From Dimorphilus gyrociliatus (taxonomy: Eukaryota > Animalia > Annelida), in assembly GCA_904063045.1 (NCBI GenBank), contig CAJFCJ010000006.1:2594946-2658945 (forward strand): a stretch of 64,000 nt of DNA, read 5' to 3'. Position numbers and translations under genes: made by a program. Below are positions 57,433-64,000 of the stretch, in pieces; position 1 is the first letter of the stretch; each line of letters opens with the position of its first letter. Below the pieces are notes generated by a model. It was not told the origin of the DNA. It did not search any database and worked only from the letters and a program-made list of their open reading frames with translations.

Positions 57433-58862
57433 TTACGTTGGTTCTTCGAATTCTTCTGCAAGAAAACTTGTTAAATTACGGGGAATTAATGGGCTAACAA
57501 GGCTTGTAATCTCTTTGGCTTCTTCAGCTCCGCCTGTCTTATTGAACAATTCTTTGCCCAGATCGAATATCCTTTTTATTGTCTTTTCCTCAATGAGAAT
57601 AAGGGGTCGTTCTCCGTCAATTGGCTTCCTTGGTTCGTTTATTTTATCCAATTCTTTCCATGTGTCTCTTTCCCATAGCTCCCTCATAACATCAGGTATG
57701 TCAAGGTCTGCGTATCGATGCATATTTTCGTAATCTACTTCACCAATTCTGTCTGCTACTGGTCGGAAAGCTAGTAATATGTCTAAAAGTCGGCTCATTG
57801 TCTTCCGAGAATCATTTCGAGTTCTATCCAACACAGTTTGAAGGCATCCCAACATTTCTGATCTCATTTTTTCAGCTTTTTCTTTAAATTGTAAAGTACA
57901 TCGGTCAGTTGTTAACAGACTCACAGCTGCAAATAGTGCCCTCTCTTCGCTTGTTAAATGCATCTGTTGTATATTTCCTATTAGCTCCAAAAGACGAGAT
58001 GCAACAGGTTGGCGGGGATCATTGTCATCTAGAACATCCAATTGAATCTTATGCATAGCTCTATGACCGTTTACGTAAATAGTTTCCTGAGCTTCGTCCG
58101 TTGTAAAATTAGCAGCCATAAATATAAACTCTCTATGATTATTCTTAACAAGGCTAACTTGATCACTTAGTGGTATATCTCTCCAACCTGGAATGCCTTT
58201 TGCAAAGGTTATTAAAGCTTTCGTACATAATGCCATATTTTCAGCTTCGTATCTGATGAATTGTTTCTCCCTCTCAGGATAAGACCTACTTACTTCTCTC
58301 CTGACAACGGTTGCATCAATCCACCTTACCCTGAGTAGTTCAAGAGATAGTCTAGTAAGTTCTGATATGATTTTTTCTTGCTCATTGTCATTTGTAGGAG
58401 GAGAGCTCGAAGACGAAATGGACGCGTCTGACATTGACGAACGTCTCTTTTGTAATTGAGCGTCTCTGGCAGTTTCTGCTGAATAGCGTCCAAAACGACT
58501 TTTCGTCCTGGACATTCCCAAAGCAATACATTTAGCAGCTCTACACGACATACAATTGTTCCTCCTTCTAGCCTTAATTTCACATTTTCCATCTTTTCGA
58601 CAGGCAGGGGGTTGTTGAATAAGAGTTCGTCGAAAAAAAGACTGGAATATAATTAACAAAGATGTCACAAATCAATAAAAACTACGTAATAATGCCGTGA
58701 AAGTTGATCACCTATTAAATTATTTTAAGCGAAATTATAACACCTTACCTTACAAGCTTCGCAAGTGAAGATACCGTAATGTAATCCTGTAGCCTGATCT
58801 TGACATACTCCACATAATGGCATATCCAAATCGGTTGGTTTTGTTAACTTTGAATCCGTCAT
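57433..58862 (-). CDS. Orphan nuclear hormone receptor (DBD plus LBD plus long F domain), 2 coding exons
   Basis: Exon 58862-58749 (CGVCQDQATGLHYGIFTCEACK) and exon 58641-57433 (SFFRR..CRKDGKC..CMSCRAAKC..GM; LBD signature FAKGIPGW..IPLSDQVSLV; AF2-like PDVMRELWE). Confidence 0.93.
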
Positions 58863-61800
58863 ACCTATCGTAAAAGTCAACCTTATCTATAAAAGAATTT
58901 TTCGTTGAATTTTAACTCTATATATATATATAACATATCTAAGGTATATATAATAATGATATATTTACATACATTTATATAAAGTTTATTTCCGATATGT
59001 TATCGATGAGAAGCGACACCTACTGCTAAAATATGTCATATAGAGAGCCTTTATTATATATTATCAAATACATATATTCTTAAATCATATATCTATATAC
59101 AGTATATTGATTTGGAAGCAAAATATTTAAGTTTTCAATTAAGTATATTTTTATCTATTTAACTATTTATACACATTTATATATTAAGGTAGGCTTTATA
59201 GCTGTATATACATAATAATTTATATATATATATATATATATATTTACATATTAGTTTTAATAATTTTTTATTTTCTACATCTTTTATAAAGAAAAACATA
59301 ACCCACATAAGGCGTTTATATCGATTTGTACTCAAAGAGACTTGTAGTCTTTTCTAATTTCGTCCCAGTTACATACATATTTATAAGTATCTGGAGAGAA
59401 ACTTTTGTTTTTTTTAATAATAAAAAAAAGCATACATTTAAAAAAAAAACATTATACATTTACATAAACAAAAAGAGTACTGTACAGAGACGATAAAGCA
59501 TTTCCTACCTCTTTATAGGTAAAGATGTGCTATATCTACGAATTCCCTATTGGTATATATACTCTCTATATCACACATTCATATTTTATATAGAATATAG
59601 TACACACATGTATATTATATATATATAGTTAAGAAGGAGTAATATTAGTATTGTAGAAATTTTTTGTAATAAAAGGTTTTGAAATAATGATTTCCTTTAA
59701 AAGAAGAGAAAATAATACCTTTAAGATTATGTCTTAAAAAATAAAGAGAAAGAGTAGGCAGAAACTTTTCTTATTCGGAATATGAAAATTACACGATATA
59801 ATGATAGTATATTGTTATAACATCTATGCTAAACATAATTTTACAAGTAGATTAGTATATCACTGTTAATTAGTCCTTTTGTACATAGTATATGTATTAC
59901 ATTCTAAAGAAAGGCAATCTTAAGGGAGAAAAGTTCAAGATGAAAGATAATTTAAAACCGTCTAAATAAACTACTCATTTTTTTAATATTCAAGGCATAT
60001 TTATTTATTTTTGTAGTTTTCTACAACAAAATCAAATATAGACGATCATATTCTTGTGATTGTTACACTTTCCTATTTCATTTTAATGAAATTATAAAAC
60101 AATAAATTACAAATATAATGATTTTTTCTATCTAAATATTTAATAATTAATTAATTAATTAGAAAAATATGGATGGGAAGAGCGCCATTTTTCATCTTGC
60201 AATTTTCTTGGAAGATGTATAGCGAAGAAAATAATGTATAAAACATATTGACTATACTTTAGATTATAATATTCTGCTAAATGCTGTTTCTAGTTTACCC
60301 CTTTCGATCCTTTATTGTTTATTTTATTCTATGTGAATAAATAACAATAGCTCCTACATTTTATACATATTACAATAGATGCCTTTTAATTATAGTATAT
60401 ACCCTATATTTTGTACGGACAATATTTTTCTATATTTATCGTATACGATACATATTTTTCAATTTCTAAGTTATGAAAGAGATTTTACATCTCTCCTTTT
60501 AGGTTTAATTAATTAAGGAAGGTTTTTTAACTCTGTATCCTTTCCGTTGTCTCCTATTACTTATTTATAATCCTCTCTATTCTATGCTCCCTCCATCCTC
60601 CCCCCCCCGCATTCTCTCTCTCTCTCTCCCTCTTCCTTCTGCCCTTCTCGTAAAAATCATTGTATAAAAAATTTCTCTTTAGTATAACCACAATCCACAG
60701 GTAGTGGCAGTGAACCAGTCTATGAATAAAGAAAGTAGGATTTTGTATACGACATGTCAAATTTAGTGATCTTTCGCAGAGGTACAATACTTAACTTAAA
60801 ACAAATTAATAATGAAATAAAATAAGTCATTGAGATACATTAAATGAAATATGATGTAACTCTCTGATTTATTTGTATTTCGTTACTGCCATCTCTCCGA
60901 AAAAGAAAGTAGATTACAAAAAAATGACACGATAAAATGTTTAAATCGAATGGTAAGATAATGGACGAAAATAGAAAAATTCTTATACTAGATGGATCTA
61001 TATCTTTTAACTTAAAATCCTTTATTGATTGAGTTGTTCAAATATAAGTAGAAATAACTCAGACAAAAAGGGAATTTACGTCAATAGGAAAAAGCTGATG
61101 ATCTTACAATATAATTCCAATATTATATATTAATTATTGAATGAATATTATCCATTTCGTTGATATATGAAAACTATGAGAAAGAAATAGACTATTAATC
61201 ATGAATTCGGTTATGGTAAATCGTTGTTTGGGAATAGAATATAAATAGAAACGGTATTTAACAGCTCTGTAATGTATTATAGTTGTACTGAAAGCGTACA
61301 TATTGTAGCAAAAATGCGTTTGAATGTTAATATATATATATTTATACTAATATACAACACTCATAAACCTAATTACTTATATAACTAGAGCACATTTGAA
61401 ATAAAAGATTCACTTTTTATACGAACTATATACATAATACAGTATATCTATTAATCCAAGTGGGTTACAGGGGTAGTAAACTAAGTGAAAGGTTAATAAC
61501 CTTTTAGTACTACACAAAAAAGGATAACAACGAGCTAAACACAAACCTGCTTTGTTCTTTAAATGATTAAGAATTTTTGTCTATCCAAGTTCATTTAAAT
61601 AGGAATGGTGAAAATGATGATGAAAAGTTACTTTAAATTCGTTAAGCTGACCTCTTTTTATTTATATCTTAAAAGAATCGTAAAATGAACGCTAAGTTTC
61701 TATATTAGAGGAGAACAGCACAAGAAAAATCAATATGACTATACACTGTCAAGTCTGAATAATATTTCATAGGCTTTTTTAAAGCGCGTGATCAGATCTT

Positions 61801-62282
61801 TCATTTTATACTTTGAAAGTTTATATTGTGTTTATTCTGATAAGGATTTTCAAATCTAAAAAGGCTACATTAGATAAGATAGTAAGAATATTCTAGTGTT
61901 TTGCGTACTTTGAAAAAGTTGTTTTACATAGCTACACATTATATAAGTCGATAACAATAAACGCTTTCCAAGGACAACAAATATCTTTATTTTTCAAAGA
62001 AGTTTCTCTATACTTCATTGATTTTTCTATATTTTCTTACTATATTCATAATAGATCAATACTGATTAATAATAGCGCAGGTACATAGTAACAAGAACAT
62101 TTCGTCCAAGGAAACGGAACTTCACTTTTTTAAAAACAGTGACATCTCTATTCCTCAATTAGAACTACAATTACGACTTGTTATGAAATTTTGAAAGGCC
62201 TTGTAAATTGTATTCACAATATTAAAACACATTACAACACTTGTTAGTATAAATTGACCAACTTCACCTCAATTTGTTGAAA

Positions 62283-62941
62283 ATGGCAGAATCTAACGAA
62301 AGTTGCGATAATGGTGATAAATCCTTCAAAAGTGCAATTATTCTGATGCCACCGGAAACAGAATGGACACAAATACAGAATATAAGAGAGTAAGCACTTT
62401 ATTTAAAATTTGATATGCCTTTGTTCTATTTATCTTGAATAGTTACGAACCTTACTAATTCCTTAGAAAGCACGACAAAGCTTACAACCGATGGATGCCT
62501 CATATTAACTTAATATGGCCGTTTGTTCCTGATATGGATTGTAACTTCGATTTAGAATTTGTAAAAATTAGTCAAGCTCTTAGTAAATTAGCACCTTTTA
62601 AAGTGAAATTCACGCAAAAATCATTCAGTTTTTTTGAGCACAAGCAATGCGTTTTGTGGTTAAATCCATTAGAAAATGATCATGATGACAACCCACATCC
62701 TTCCGTTATAAAGCTACAGAAAATCCTCCAAAATCTTTATCCTAACTATTACGATGGAACAAAGGAATTTGTACCTCATCTTACCCTAGGAAGATTCCAA
62801 AGGAAGCATATTAATAACGTACGAGAAAACTTCCAAAAGGATTGGAAGGATATTGAATTTGAAGTTAATAAAATTTATCTGATTAGTCGGAAAGGATTTG
62901 AAGATCCTTTTGAAATTAAGAAAGAAATTAGCTTTAACTAG
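62283..62941 (+). CDS. 2H phosphoesterase (LigT / 2'-5' RNA ligase superfamily; LENG9/AKAP7-like fold), 2 exons
   Basis: Exons 62283-62389 and 62467-62941 join in phase 2: KSAIILMPP..WTQIQNIREKHDKAYNRWMPHINLIWPF ... FVPHLTLGRF. Two His motifs about 90 aa apart. Confidence 0.85.
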
Positions 62942-63541
62942 TTACTTTTTGTATTTTGTTATTATATTGTTTTGACGAATGTTTATTGAAACATTCTATA
63001 GAGATTATTCGATTAAATGTAAAAATTCAACAAGTCACCAACAATCAAGAATAAAGCTTTTTAAATATTCCATCTTACAAACATGTTCAATGAAAAATAT
63101 ATTAAAAATGCAAAAAAAAAGGAAACAAAAGCAAAACCAGCAAAAACGAACAAATAAATCTGCAAAAATTCTCATAAAAAAGCCAAGAATCTTTTCAAAG
63201 TATCACCATCATTATCTTCATAAGCGATTAAAACTGGAAGAGAATCTGTTAATTTTTCTCTTCCAAAATTAATTTGTTTAAAGAATAGATTATCAATTTT
63301 AAATAGATTATGTTAAACACAACTAAACGATTCAATTAAATGATTTTGTTTGTTTTTGAACATTAAAACATAAAAAAAAAATTAAGGTATCATTTGAGAC
63401 AAACTAGTTTTAAAATTAAATTAAAGAGAAGATTATTCTTTGGCAATGTTATTTTTTTTTGTTTGTCTTAAGGGAAGAAAGGGAAAGAAAAAGAAGGTAC
63501 CAGGAAATAGTTTCTTCATTCGTAAAATGACCAGAAAATTA

Positions 63542-64000
63542 TCACTTCGTAGCCGTTCCCACAAGTCCAAACTTCATAAAACGAACAAATATTGGGACAG
63601 GAACTCTGCATTGTTTAGTATCAATACTCGAGAAATCAGCTTCCTTAACAATTTGTTTTGTATCTGAAAACGTTCTGCAATGCCCAACTCTCCACCAAAG
63701 TCCTTTGATGAGATATTGACATAGTTTTGATAGTCCAGAGGGTGCGGCAACGTGTTCAAAAAAGTAAAAATTCCTTCCCTATGCAACAAACAAAGGCAAT
63801 AAATATAATTTATTACTTTATTACAAAAAAAGAATGCTGTTAAACTTATACGTACAAAATAATAACGTTTATTGATTACTCACAGGTTTTAGAATTCTCT
63901 TTATTTCAGCTAAACTTTGAGCTTGATCGTCTACGGAACAAAGTACTAAAGTGCAAACAACTGCATCAACTGAGCCGGTTTTTATTTTCCCCATATCCTC
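63542..64000 (-). CDS. METTL7: METTL7/TMT1-like SAM-dependent thiol methyltransferase; 3' part only, continues past the right edge
   Basis: Exon 64000-63884 gives EDMGKIKTGSVDAVVCTLVLCSVDDQAQSLAEIKRILKP. Exon 63778-63542 gives GRNFYFFEHVAAP...GTATK*. This matches the METTL7 motif II and post-II region. Confidence 0.85.

Overview
AT-rich eukaryotic (metazoan) DNA from a compact, gene-dense invertebrate genome. Many introns are only 50-70 nt, GT-AG splicing is used throughout, and there are no prokaryotic features, CRISPR arrays, rRNA or recognisable tRNA. The organism is probably a lophotrochozoan-type animal (inference only). Splicing the exons by hand gives 17 protein-coding genes, in order: TPR protein (partial, -), SLC7/CAT amino-acid transporter (+), Ror receptor tyrosine kinase (-), INF2-type formin (+), FASTK-like helical protein (+), glucosylceramide synthase UGCG (+), an uncharacterised multipass membrane protein (-), SAXO (+), PGD (+), a class A GPCR (-), NOP56 (-), PIN1 (+), UBTD2-like (+), a PY-motif single-pass protein (+), an orphan nuclear receptor (-), a 2H phosphoesterase (+) and METTL7-like (partial, -). 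The strongest novelty candidate is in UGCG: two tandem homologous 179-nt exons that must be spliced mutually exclusively. They encode alternative versions of the active-site segment, and one has lost the His193-equivalent residue. Other notable signals are a 70-nt polybasic exon in the Ror ectodomain, enriched non-coding RTCACGTGAY and CTCF-like motifs, Tc1-type TA-C(A/T)G-TA footprints in TA runs, and RFX X-boxes shared between SAXO and the orphan membrane gene. All translations, motif counts and expected counts were done by hand, so they are approximate and unverified by any search.
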